Translations under genes and position numbers: made by a program
Notes under the pieces: generated by a model
Databases searched by the model: none
Seen by the model: only the letters and a program-made list of their open reading frames with translations
Told to the model about the DNA's origin: nothing
Shown: positions 1 through 7,882 of the stretch, piece after piece
Layout of the letters: each line of letters starts with the position of its first letter
Position numbering within the stretch: position 1 is the stretch's first letter
Source: an uncultured Planctomycetia bacterium
GTDB lineage: Bacteria; Omnitrophota; Gorgyraeia; VGKH01; JBHPFN01
Reading direction: 5' to 3'
Assembly: GCA_964406665.1 (NCBI GenBank)
Contig: CAYOSQ010000004.1
Location: forward strand, 49,512-113,511
DNA: 64,000 nucleotides

Positions 1-616
1 GAGATTCAAAATAACTATTCTTACAATGATACGGATTATCTTCTCTCATATAATAATCATCCTCAGCTCCATAAAGAGAATCAGTAACATTGCTATCGGC
101 ATCGCGCCAATCGGATATCGAAGCAGCAATTATTTCTGCTGTTTCCGAATCTACATCAAACGACTCTAAAAAACTAGAAAAAATGGTAAAATTATTTATA
201 TTTATTGCGTTTATATTTAACTTTCTTTCTTCATCCTGCAAGCCAAAGATATAATAAGTTTCTTCTTCGTCAACTGGTAAGTTATAGCCAACAGAATAAG
301 TTCCCTCGCCAACTGAAACATCTTTAAAGATATCTTGCGCAGTAATCTCTTGGGCTATGGATATTCCGCATTCATACAACGTATCATAATCTCTGGTTTC
401 AGGGTTATTAGAGTCTTCTTGAATCCTAGCGAGAACGCTGGAAAATCCAGCTTCAGCTACATAAGAAGCCTTCATTTTATCCAAATAAAAACCAGTAAGA
501 GCTAGTTCTAGCCGCGCCATACGAGCAATACTCATAGCCAAAATAGTCAAAATTACTAAAATCCATATTGTAATTATTAATATTATACCAGATTTATCGT
601 TTTTTCTATATTTCAT
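1..616 (-). CDS. gspK: Type II secretion minor pseudopilin GspK-like (runs off left edge)
   Basis: Not in ORF track. Manual translation from ATG at 616 gives MKYRKNDKSGIILITIWILVILTIFAMSIARMARLEL...KASYVAEAGFSS...: G-then-hydrophobic N-terminus without Glu5 and an AEAG motif, directly downstream of gspJ. Confidence 0.8.
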   Translation of the reverse strand, partial: MKYRKNDKSGIILIITIWILVILTILAMSIARMARLELALTGFYLDKMKASYVAEAGFSSVLARIQEDSNNPETRDYDTLYECGISIAQEITAQDIFKDVSVGEGTYSVGYNLPVDEEETYYIFGLQDEERKLNINAININNFTIFSSFLESFDVDSETAEIIAASISDWRDADSNVTDSLYGAEDDYYMREDNPYHCKNSYFES

Positions 617-618
617 TT

Positions 619-1356
619 CTATTCAGATAAAAAAATAGTTCCAGACGGAATAAAAACAGTTTTGCTAAAACTAACCACTTCATTAGGTTTTTTTGGATTA
701 GCAAGCATAAGGTTAATTTTTACCCCAGCGGGAAAAATATTATTTTGCTTCCAAGAATTCTCCCAGCTTATATCAGTTTCACCTTCGCGCAAACCAACGT
801 TGGCATAATTAAAACTGAGCCCCCCTGGAACCACTAAGGCTGTAAGCGTACTTTCATCTTCGCTCTTAGGCTCCTGCGACCCCAAGCTTTCAGCTAAAGA
901 TATTTCTTGTTTTACTAAATTCATCAACCTTACCTCTTCTCCTTGGAATCGAGCGATTATAGAAGAGGGCATTTCCTTTTGATAATTAACTTTTGTCTCA
1001 GATATATGAATTTGCCCCGGTTCTTTTAAAACAAAACTCACTCTTTTCAATCCAGAATTCGCTGCTATCAAAAAAGAAAATTTATTTTCATCACCTTCAA
1101 AAGCCTTAATCTCAGGATATTTATCAGAGAAATCATACGCCACAACACTCTTTATTTCTCTGGCCATTTGCTCCAATGCCAAACGTGCTTCTTGATAAAT
1201 CCTATTAGCATCCTCAGACCTGCGCCAAACAGATATTCCGCTAGAAAATGTTGAATAAAGCCCTAAAGAAATTACTGAGAAAATCGTAAGAGCGATTAAT
1301 AGCTCAACTAATGTAAATCCTGAGTTTAATAGATGTTTTTCTTTTCTCATTTTCAT
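619..1356 (-). CDS. gspJ: Prepilin-type N-terminal cleavage/methylation protein, GspJ-like
   Basis: GFTLVELLIALTIF prepilin motif; position in gspGHIJK order. Confidence 0.75.
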   Translation of the reverse strand: MKMRKEKHLLNSGFTLVELLIALTIFSVISLGLYSTFSSGISVWRRSEDANRIYQEARLALEQMAREIKSVVAYDFSDKYPEIKAFEGDENKFSFLIAANSGLKRVSFVLKEPGQIHISETKVNYQKEMPSSIIARFQGEEVRLMNLVKQEISLAESLGSQEPKSEDESTLTALVVPGGLSFNYANVGLREGETDISWENSWKQNNIFPAGVKINLMLANPKKPNEVVSFSKTVFIPSGTIFLSE

Positions 1357-1748
1357 TGTTCAGATTGATTTTGAAAATATGTTACAACAGAAACTTCTCT
1401 ATTGGCACTTCCCTGTTTCCAAAAAACAGTTGCCTTAATTTCTTTTAAGCTCTCTGGTTCAAGCTGATTTTCAACAGGACTAGCCTCAATTAAATATCTG
1501 TAAAACTCATTTGGCTTAGGGAATATTCCCTCATCTACAATCCCATCTTCAATTTTTTCTTGTAGCCTTATCCCCCAAAGCTTATCTTCGAGAAGAAAAG
1601 AAGCAACAGTATATCCTTGCGTAGCAACAATAGTCCGCAGACACATGCTAAATGAACGCACTATCAGAACAAGGCTGGTAGATAGAATAACGATTACTAC
1701 TAAAACTTCGATCAAACTTAATCCTACATTCTTATTTTTCATATTCAA
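1353..1748 (-). CDS. gspI: Minor pseudopilin GspI-like
   Basis: GLSLIEVLVVIVIL prepilin motif, short length, gene order. Confidence 0.7.
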   Translation of the reverse strand: MNMKNKNVGLSLIEVLVVIVILSTSLVLIVRSFSMCLRTIVATQGYTVASFLLEDKLWGIRLQEKIEDGIVDEGIFPKPNEFYRYLIEASPVENQLEPESLKEIKATVFWKQGSANREVSVVTYFQNQSEQ

Positions 1749-2211
1749 ATATTTCTATATATCCAGATTTTCCATTAGTTTTAAGCGTGTACACTTTATT
1801 ATTTTTGTTACGCAAATACAACACAACATCATCAATGCTTCCGTTAGGATAAAACATCACCTGGTATACATGTGTATCAATATCTATATTTTCCGGCAAC
1901 GTTTGAATTTTTCCGTAAGTGCTTTTTATCCTCTCGAAGCCATCCGGATTAAAAGAATCACTTGTTTCTCTTGTAATCCAATATTTTTTTCTTAGGGAAT
2001 CAAAATTTAACTTATAGCTTTTTCGCTCGATGATCGAACGTGCGCGGGCATAGCGCATATCATAAGCAAGGTTAGAAGCAGCATCGCTTAAAAGAAAATT
2101 GGAATAAACATTACGAAAATTAGGAACAGCTGCAGCCAACAAAACACCTATTATTACTATCACTACCAATAATTCAATGAGGGTAAATGCGTAATGTTTA
2201 TTTCTTTTCAA
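1732..2211 (-). CDS. gspH: Minor pseudopilin GspH/FimT-like
   Basis: AFTLIELLVVIVIIG motif, LAYDMRYARARSI helix, FYPNG motif typical of GspH/FimT. Confidence 0.75.
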   Translation of the reverse strand: MKRNKHYAFTLIELLVVIVIIGVLLAAAVPNFRNVYSNFLLSDAASNLAYDMRYARARSIIERKSYKLNFDSLRKKYWITRETSDSFNPDGFERIKSTYGKIQTLPENIDIDTHVYQVMFYPNGSIDDVVLYLRNKNNKVYTLKTNGKSGYIEIFEYEK

Positions 2212-2254
2212 TTAATTTATCCCCATAAAACAAAAACTAAATTCATTAAAAAAA

Positions 2255-2305
2255 TTTACCCCGAGTAAAAAAATATGCGCTTAGCAATTATTCCCACGGG
2301 GTAAA
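2255..2305. terminator. Inverted repeat between gspG and gspH (possible step-down terminator or mRNA stabiliser)
   Basis: tttaccccg (2255-2263) ... cggggtaaa (2297-2305), followed by a T-run on the minus strand. Confidence 0.45.
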
Positions 2306-2314
2306 AAATCAATA

Positions 2315-2761
2315 CTACTCAACACCAGAAGATTCTTCCCAATTAGTTACATCGTCTCCGCCACCTTCAACGCCATCGGATCCCAAAGAATACAGGTCGT
2401 AATCCTCAACATTATGAACTCCGGGTTTAGTATAAACATATGGCCTACCCCAGGGATCAATAGGGAGTTTTCTCTTTTTCAAATAAGGACCATTCCAATT
2501 GGCTGGAACCGGGGCTGATGATGGCTTAGCAATTAAAGCTTCCAATCCTTGTTCGGTTGTAGGATATGTTCCATTATCAAGCTCATATAAATCTAAGGCA
2601 ATAGAAATATTGGCCTCGATATCCGCACCAGCAGCTGCCAGGCGAGCCTGATCAGTTCTACCCACTAGACGCGGCACAGCAGTAGCTGCTAAAATAATCA
2701 ATATTACTATTACCACCATAAGTTCAATCAAAGTAAATCCTTTATTATTTTTGAAAAACAT
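2315..2761 (-). CDS. gspG: Type II secretion major pseudopilin GspG
   Basis: GFTLIELMVVIVI, YPTTEQGLEAL, NWNGPYL, DPWGRPY, YSLGSDG motifs. Confidence 0.95.
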   Translation of the reverse strand: MFFKNNKGFTLIELMVVIVILIILAATAVPRLVGRTDQARLAAAGADIEANISIALDLYELDNGTYPTTEQGLEALIAKPSSAPVPANWNGPYLKKRKLPIDPWGRPYVYTKPGVHNVEDYDLYSLGSDGVEGGGDDVTNWEESSGVE

Positions 2762-2775
2762 AATTTCCTCCCTTT

Positions 2776-3993
2776 TTAGCGAACCATTAAATTCATCTCA
2801 AATATCGGAAGCAACATTGCTAATACAATAAACAAAGCTACGGCACCAATTACAAGCAGCATAATCGGCTCTAGCAAAGATGTAAGAGATTTTATTTTTC
2901 TATCTATTTCCCGCTCAAAAGAATCTGCGATTTTATGCAATGTCTTCTCAAGCTGAGCCGCTTCTTCTCCAACGCTAATCATATTTATTACAACCTCCGG
3001 GAAATATTTACTTGCAGATACAGTTTTTGCCAAGCTAGACCCTTCTATTAAATCTTTCAACATCCTTTCTATATCGATGCGCAATGCCTCGTTGTCAACC
3101 ACCTGAACCACCGAACGGATAGATTGTACTATGGTTACCCCTGACTCCAGAAGAGTTCCCAAGGTCCTGGCGAAACGTGCAATTTCTATTTTTTTAACAT
3201 AATCTCCAACCACCGGAAGTTTCAATTTCATTCTATCAAATGATAATTTACCTTCTTTAGTTCTGACCTGTCTTCTAAAATAAATAAAAACTGCTAAAGT
3301 AGCTGAAGCGACAATCCACCAATAGTTTTTAAAAATATTGCTTACAGATATTAATATTTTAGTTGGAAGTGGAAGCGTTTGAGATAATTCATCAAACATT
3401 ACAACAAGTTTGGGCACGGCAAAAGAAAGTAGGCAGAAAATAGTGAGCATGCCAACAACAGCTAAAATCATAGGATAAGTCAAGCTAGCTCTTACTTTAG
3501 ATATTGTTTCATCTTGACTATCTAAAAAATCAGCCAACCTGTTTAAAATCAGATTTAATTCACCGCTTATTTCTCCCGACTTTACCATGCTTATATAAAG
3601 ATTGCTAAAAACATTGTTATGTCGAGATAATGCTTCGGAGAAAGATCCTCCTTCTTGAATGAAATTTTTTATTTCTAAGACTATACTCTTTAAGGCACGG
3701 TTTTGCGTCTGTTTAGATACAACGTTAAGGGCATTTATTATCGTCAATCCCGAATCCAGAAGATCCGCAAGCTGTCTAGTTAATATACTTAAATCCTGTC
3801 TTTTTATTTTTTCAAAAAGTCGAAAAGAAATACTGGAAGGTTTCTGTTTTACGATATTTTCTTCGGAAATATCAACAGGGAAATACCCCATTTGAGAGAT
3901 TTTATCAAGTGCGGATTCTGGATTATCGGCATCTATTGTGCCTTCGATAATATCCTGAGGTCCTTTTTTTGCCCGATAATGGAATTTTGACAT
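2776..3993 (-). CDS. gspF: Type II secretion inner-membrane platform GspF/PilC
   Basis: Two T2SSF repeats (TRQLADLLDSG; ARTLGTLLESG), SGEISGEL, LTYP, LLEP. Confidence 0.95.
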   Translation of the reverse strand: MSKFHYRAKKGPQDIIEGTIDADNPESALDKISQMGYFPVDISEENIVKQKPSSISFRLFEKIKRQDLSILTRQLADLLDSGLTIINALNVVSKQTQNRALKSIVLEIKNFIQEGGSFSEALSRHNNVFSNLYISMVKSGEISGELNLILNRLADFLDSQDETISKVRASLTYPMILAVVGMLTIFCLLSFAVPKLVVMFDELSQTLPLPTKILISVSNIFKNYWWIVASATLAVFIYFRRQVRTKEGKLSFDRMKLKLPVVGDYVKKIEIARFARTLGTLLESGVTIVQSIRSVVQVVDNEALRIDIERMLKDLIEGSSLAKTVSASKYFPEVVINMISVGEEAAQLEKTLHKIADSFEREIDRKIKSLTSLLEPIMLLVIGAVALFIVLAMLLPIFEMNLMVR

Positions 3994-4014
3994 ATATCTT
4001 TATGTTTGATGTTA

Positions 4015-4043
4015 ATTCTATCATAGCAAAAAAGGGTTTTCAA
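4015..4043 (-). promoter_or_regulatory. Sigma70-like promoter for gspF-gspK
   Basis: Minus strand TTGAAA-N17-TAGAAT just upstream of the gspF ATG. Confidence 0.55.
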
Positions 4044-4055
4044 GGCCAAACAAAT

Positions 4056-4108
4056 CAAAAAAATCCAGACCGCTTCTATTAAACATCTGATAAGAAACAA
4101 CCTGGATT
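4056..4108 (-). terminator. Intrinsic terminator after the orphan ORF 4134-4499
   Basis: Minus strand AATCCAGGTTGTTTCT...AGAAGCGGTCTGGATT long stem (several G-U pairs) followed by a T-run. Confidence 0.7.
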
Positions 4109-4133
4109 CACGTTTGGGTAACGCTTAAATATT

Positions 4134-4499
4134 TTAAACAGAGCTTTTTATAAACTCTATTTGAATATGCTGAATAAGCTTAATGATAAAAAGCTTATCA
4201 TCAATTACTGCATAAGAATCTCCATAGATTTTATAGAATATCTTCTCCTGTGCATTATTGTTATTGCTTACTCTGGTAACAAAAGTCTGTTTCGGTTTAA
4301 GCTTGCCTTCTTTTCTGCGACGATTGATAAAAAGCTGTAAGTCAAAGTCTGAAGTAATTTCTAAAACTTCTTTTACAACATAGATAGTTTTCTTCTCAAG
4401 CTTCTGAGAAATGCCTTGGTCTCGATATGACTCCGAAACAAAAAGCTCTCTACGTCTTTTGTTTGGCGAAACTAAATTTTTCAGTACCATCTCTCTCAT
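4134..4499 (-). CDS. Hypothetical basic protein (121 aa) downstream of the c-di-GMP riboswitch
   Basis: ORF with AAGGAG RBS, its own upstream riboswitch/terminator and a downstream terminator; no recognisable family. Confidence 0.65.
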   Translation of the reverse strand: MREMVLKNLVSPNKRRRELFVSESYRDQGISQKLEKKTIYVVKEVLEITSDFDLQLFINRRRKEGKLKPKQTFVTRVSNNNNAQEKIFYKIYGDSYAVIDDKLFIIKLIQHIQIEFIKSSV

Positions 4500-4526
4500 T
4501 TTATTTCTCCTTGAATTTAAATCATT

Positions 4527-4560
4527 AAAAAAATCGGACCTTTTCCTTTTAGGTCCGATT
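4527..4560 (-). terminator. Riboswitch expression-platform terminator
   Basis: Minus strand AATCGGACCT-loop-AGGTCCGATT followed by a T-run, between aptamer and ORF. Confidence 0.8.
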
Positions 4561-4592
4561 AATCATCAGGTAAAAAATTAACCCCTAGATTA

Positions 4593-4718
4593 GTTATCGG
4601 TGCGCTCTGCAATCTTAGGCTATCTTTGTTTTGCCTTTAGACCAGAAGCTTTGCCCCGCTTTCGCGGGATCCTTTTTAGGATGTCCTACAGTTTCCTGCA
4701 GTTTGCCTTTTCGGAATA
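4593..4718 (-). ncRNA. c-di-GMP-I (GEMM-I) riboswitch with a 28-nt two-hairpin insertion
   Basis: Minus strand UUAUUCCGAAAAGGCAAACUGCAG-GAAA-CUGUAGGAC-[insert]-GCAAAGCUUCUGGUCUAAAG...AAGAUUGCAGAGCGCACCGAUAA. GGCAAAC, GNRA loop, GCAAAGC, CUAA receptor and ACCG elements present; G20/A47/C92 equivalents intact. Confidence 0.85.
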
Positions 4719-4811
4719 AGGGTTGCTTATCTATATATTCTAAAGAAAATATAACATTTTTTTACTAAAAAACAATAGGGAAAACGCTATTTCAAGGAAG
4801 CGCTTTCTTTA

Positions 4812-5030
4812 GGCGAGCACACAACTTACGAACACAACCGTGTGAGTAAGTTGTAAATGCGAGCCAACCCCACACCCGGATTTCTGGGTGTGGGGTCAAT
4901 ATGCTTCTACGAGCGAAGCGAGGTGTAAGGATTAAGTAGACGGCGACGAAGTCGAGGAAACGTAAGTTTCTTAGACGAGCCAATCCGTCACTAATTTATT
5001 TTAATTTTCAATTATAGAAATTAGTGACGA
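4812..5030. repeat. Cluster of long hairpins / REP-like palindromic element
   Basis: acaacttac...gtaagttgt; accccacacccgga-tt-tctgggtgtggggt; cgagcgaagcgag; gaggaaac-gtaa-gtttctt; cgtcactaattt...aaattagtgacg. Confidence 0.65.
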
Positions 5031-5087
5031 GTACAAACAAAAAAATATGATGATTGATGATGAGCATAAATAGTGTTATTGCGGAAT

Positions 5088-6800
5088 CTAATCGATAAGA
5101 AGTTCTTCTTGTTGGGCAACGCGGATAACTTCTGATACTGTTGTTCGGCCCTGCCTTACTTTCTCCCAACCATCTTGAAGTAAAGTTCGCATTCCTGTTT
5201 CGATAGCCTTTTGTTTGATTTGATTTGCAGGAACTCTCTCTAATACCATACTGCGGATTTCTTCATTCATTACTAAAAATTCATATACTCCCGTCCTTCC
5301 TCTGAAGCCCGTAAACTTACATGCTTCACAACCTTTTCCTTCATAAAGCACTAAATTAGATATATCCACATTTTCAATTCCTAAATTTTTTATCATTTGT
5401 TCTTGCGGCTTGACCTCAGTCTTGCAACTTGGACAAATAAGCCTAACTAATCTCTGGGCAACAAAACAATCCACCGATGAAGAAATAAGATAAGACTCAA
5501 CACCCATATCCAAAAGACGGGCAATGGCACTTGCGGCATCATTCGTATGTAGTGTAGAAAAAACCAAATGACCGGTTAAGGCAACCCTGATAGTTATCTC
5601 TGCTGTTTCAAAATCACGTACTTCTCCAACCATCATAATATCAGGGTCATGACGTAACATAGATCTTAATCCTTGAGCAAAAGTAAGCCCAATGCGTGGA
5701 TGAATCTGTATCTGAGTTATTCCCAGAAGTTGATATTCGATAGGGTCTTCAATAGTAATAATCTTTTTCTCAGCCGTATTTATTTTTGATAGACAAGCAT
5801 AAAGCGAAGTTGTCTTTCCAGAACCAGTTGGCCCGGTTACAAATATTATGCCATGAGGTTTTTTTATCAAGGCATCCATTATCTTTAAATCTTCTTTACA
5901 TAATCCTAAATCACTTAAGCTATATAACATGGTTGGAGTTAATAACCTTATTACCACACTTTCTCCGTAAGCTGTAGGTATTACAGAAACTCTTAGATCC
6001 AAATCGTTATCACCTACTCGGACTTTTATGCGGCCGTCTTGAGGTAGGCGCCTCTCTGAAATATTAAGAGAAGACATAATTTTTATTCTGGAAATTATCG
6101 CAGACTGAAACTGTTTTATGGCAGGCGGAACCTTTGCATCATAAAGGATGCCGTCGATTCGATAACGAATCTTAAGCTGATTATCATGCGGTTCAATATG
6201 AATATCAGTTGCCCTATCTCGAAAAGCCTCGAGTAAAATTTGATTTACTAGTTTACCTACTGTAGCATCATTAGCAAGCTGTTCGATATCTTCGGTTTTA
6301 GATTTTGTAGTTGCCTCAACTCCATCTGCTGTATCCATCATCTTTTCAATTGTCTCAGCTCCAACTCCATAATACTGTCTGATTGACTCAACAATATCTT
6401 TTTCTCCTCCGATAGCTGCCTTAATTTTATACCCTAACAAAAGAGAGATATCATCTAAAACTGTAACATTAAGTGGATCAGTAACAACAATAGTCAAGAG
6501 ATCATTCTCATGCTGTATTGGCATTAATTTGTAGTGATAGGCAAATTTGGCGGGAACTTTTTTTTTTACTTCAGTGTTAACAGCTATTTCTTTAATTTTG
6601 ATATAATCAATATTTAACTGTTTAGAAAGTACCGGCAGGATATCTTCTTCAGTTGCAAAACCTAACTTGATTATTGACGTTCCTAAGAAATCACCGGTTT
6701 TTTTATGTTCCTCTACAGCAGCAACTAGTTCGTCTTCGGTGATTACTCCAGCATCCACCAGCATTCTACCAAGCAAAGTAACGGTCTTTTTCTCTACCAT
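5088..6800 (-). CDS. gspE: Type II secretion/type IV pilus assembly ATPase GspE/PilB
   Basis: MshEN-like N-terminus, ATDIHIEP, RRLPQDGR, Walker A GPTGSGKTT, TIEDPIEY, LRHDPDIMMVGEVRD, tetracysteine CPSC...CEAC. Confidence 0.95.
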   Translation of the reverse strand: MVEKKTVTLLGRMLVDAGVITEDELVAAVEEHKKTGDFLGTSIIKLGFATEEDILPVLSKQLNIDYIKIKEIAVNTEVKKKVPAKFAYHYKLMPIQHENDLLTIVVTDPLNVTVLDDISLLLGYKIKAAIGGEKDIVESIRQYYGVGAETIEKMMDTADGVEATTKSKTEDIEQLANDATVGKLVNQILLEAFRDRATDIHIEPHDNQLKIRYRIDGILYDAKVPPAIKQFQSAIISRIKIMSSLNISERRLPQDGRIKVRVGDNDLDLRVSVIPTAYGESVVIRLLTPTMLYSLSDLGLCKEDLKIMDALIKKPHGIIFVTGPTGSGKTTSLYACLSKINTAEKKIITIEDPIEYQLLGITQIQIHPRIGLTFAQGLRSMLRHDPDIMMVGEVRDFETAEITIRVALTGHLVFSTLHTNDAASAIARLLDMGVESYLISSSVDCFVAQRLVRLICPSCKTEVKPQEQMIKNLGIENVDISNLVLYEGKGCEACKFTGFRGRTGVYEFLVMNEEIRSMVLERVPANQIKQKAIETGMRTLLQDGWEKVRQGRTTVSEVIRVAQQEELLID

Positions 6801-6857
6801 GCAATCCCTTTTAATAAAAGACTCTACAGAATCAAAGCTAATTTCCGTTTTGATAAA

Positions 6858-6886
6858 ATTATACTACAATAGCATTATTAAATCAA
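6858..6886 (-). promoter_or_regulatory. Sigma70-like promoter for gspE
   Basis: Minus strand TTGATT-N17-TATAAT. Confidence 0.6.
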
Positions 6887-6893
6887 AAAAGCT

Positions 6894-6998
6894 TGGTGGA
6901 GGTGGCGGGAATCGTTCAAGCACGATTCCATCGTTATTTTCTCATGGAATCGAGTACTCCTTATTTTACATACTGAGTGCATATTTCCGCAACTCTCC
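6894..6998. repeat. Repeat copy 1: displaced tmRNA 3' end (att-like, with CCA) plus ~80-bp conserved palindromic arm
   Basis: 6896-6914 is identical to 9440-9458 (19 bp, tmRNA 3' end); minus strand reads ...CGATTCCCGCCACCTCCACCA; the arm is nearly identical to 7760-7844. Confidence 0.85.
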
Positions 6999-7062
6999 GT
7001 TGAGAAATATATTACTATATTTCCGTCGGAAAGTCAACGCGCATGTTTCTTATCAAAAATAT

Positions 7063-7090
7063 GGGGGATGACGCTAAAGCGTCATCCCCC
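7063..7090 (-). terminator. Intrinsic terminator after the Cys-rich gene pair
   Basis: Perfect 12-bp stem gggggatgacgc-taaa-gcgtcatccccc followed by ATATTTTT on the minus strand. Confidence 0.75.
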
Positions 7091-7118
7091 TAATAGCAAA
7101 TGCCTCAACTCTTAAAAA

Positions 7119-7340
7119 TTACTTCTTAGAGCAAAAACATTTGCCGCATACACCAACATCTCCGCAACGGCATGCTTCTCCCTTGCAACATGCTCCCTCA
7201 CATTCACATTTACCACCTACGCAGCATGTACCATCTGAGCAGGCACACTTTGATTTCAAACAACATCCTGCCTCAACGGAAAATGCAAATCCCGAAAGCA
7301 TTAGAGATGCTATAACAAAGACAATAAGTAGTCTTTTCAT
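7119..7340 (-). CDS. Secreted Cys-rich metallothionein-like protein (73 aa)
   Basis: Sec-type signal ending VEA, then 15 Cys in three CC-x4-CxC repeats plus CxxCxC; AAGGAG RBS. Confidence 0.75.
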   Translation of the reverse strand: MKRLLIVFVIASLMLSGFAFSVEAGCCLKSKCACSDGTCCVGGKCECEGACCKGEACRCGDVGVCGKCFCSKK

Positions 7341-7399
7341 GGCTATTCTCCTTAAAATTAACTATTGTGTTTTAATTTAATTCTTAACCTAAACATCAA

Positions 7400-7702
7400 T
7401 TAGGAAAGCTTGGGTGGACGGAAGACTTGACGAGCAATATCTTTTTCGTAAGTAAAAATAAGCTGATAATAAAAACTGTCTTGTGTAATAATATTAGGAA
7501 AGGTTAAATCTGAAACAATAAATGGAATCGGCTGCCCAGATGAAGAGCATATCTGCCCGCTGCTTTCACAAGAACAATTATAGCAAGAACACTCATCTTC
7601 ACAGCATGAGATAGAAAGCTCAGCTACAGATAATCCTGTGGACCAAATCATAATAAAAGCAACTATAGCTATAATAATAAACTTTTTACCCATCGTTTTC
7701 AC
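7400..7702 (-). CDS. Exported Cys-motif protein with C-terminal RPP motif (CruR/CutF/DUF2946-like leader protein)
   Basis: Hydrophobic signal/TM segment, CCEDECSCYNCSC cluster, C-terminal IARQVFRPPKLS. Confidence 0.6.
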   Translation of the reverse strand: MKTMGKKFIIIAIVAFIMIWSTGLSVAELSISCCEDECSCYNCSCESSGQICSSSGQPIPFIVSDLTFPNIITQDSFYYQLIFTYEKDIARQVFRPPKLS

Positions 7703-7741
7703 CTATTCCACTTAAAGTATAACACATTTATAAGAATCTAA

Positions 7742-7844
7742 TGAAGGTGACGGTAATCGTTCGAGCGCGATTCCATCGTTATTTTCTCGCAAGGAATCGA
7801 GTACTCCCTATTTTACTTATTGAGTGCGTATTTCCGCAACTTTC
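7742..7844. repeat. Repeat copy 2: degenerate tmRNA 3' fragment plus conserved palindromic arm
   Basis: tgaaggtgacggtaatcg matches the tmRNA end at 15 of 18 positions, followed by the same arm as copy 1 (about six substitutions and one small indel). Confidence 0.85.
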
Positions 7845-7882
7845 GTCAATATACATCTCTCTAAATGATCACCTCAACCTGC

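Noticed and set aside
2776-4718. Riboswitch directly controlling gspF-gspK
   Set aside because: A strong terminator (4056-4108) follows the orphan ORF and gspF has its own promoter-like sequence (4015-4043).
4792-4983. 63-aa ORF in the track
   Set aside because: Lies wholly within the palindromic element, has no RBS, and looks like translated repeat sequence.
6667-7071. 134-aa plus-strand ORF
   Set aside because: Its first third is antisense to gspE and it crosses the gspE promoter; only the segment inside the repeat is discussed, as a possible recombinase tail.
6894-7844. CRISPR array or group I intron explanation for the ~105-bp repeats
   Set aside because: Only two long copies separated by genes, with no cas genes. 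The base before the tmRNA fragment is A rather than the terminal G of a group I intron, and ssrA itself is uninterrupted.
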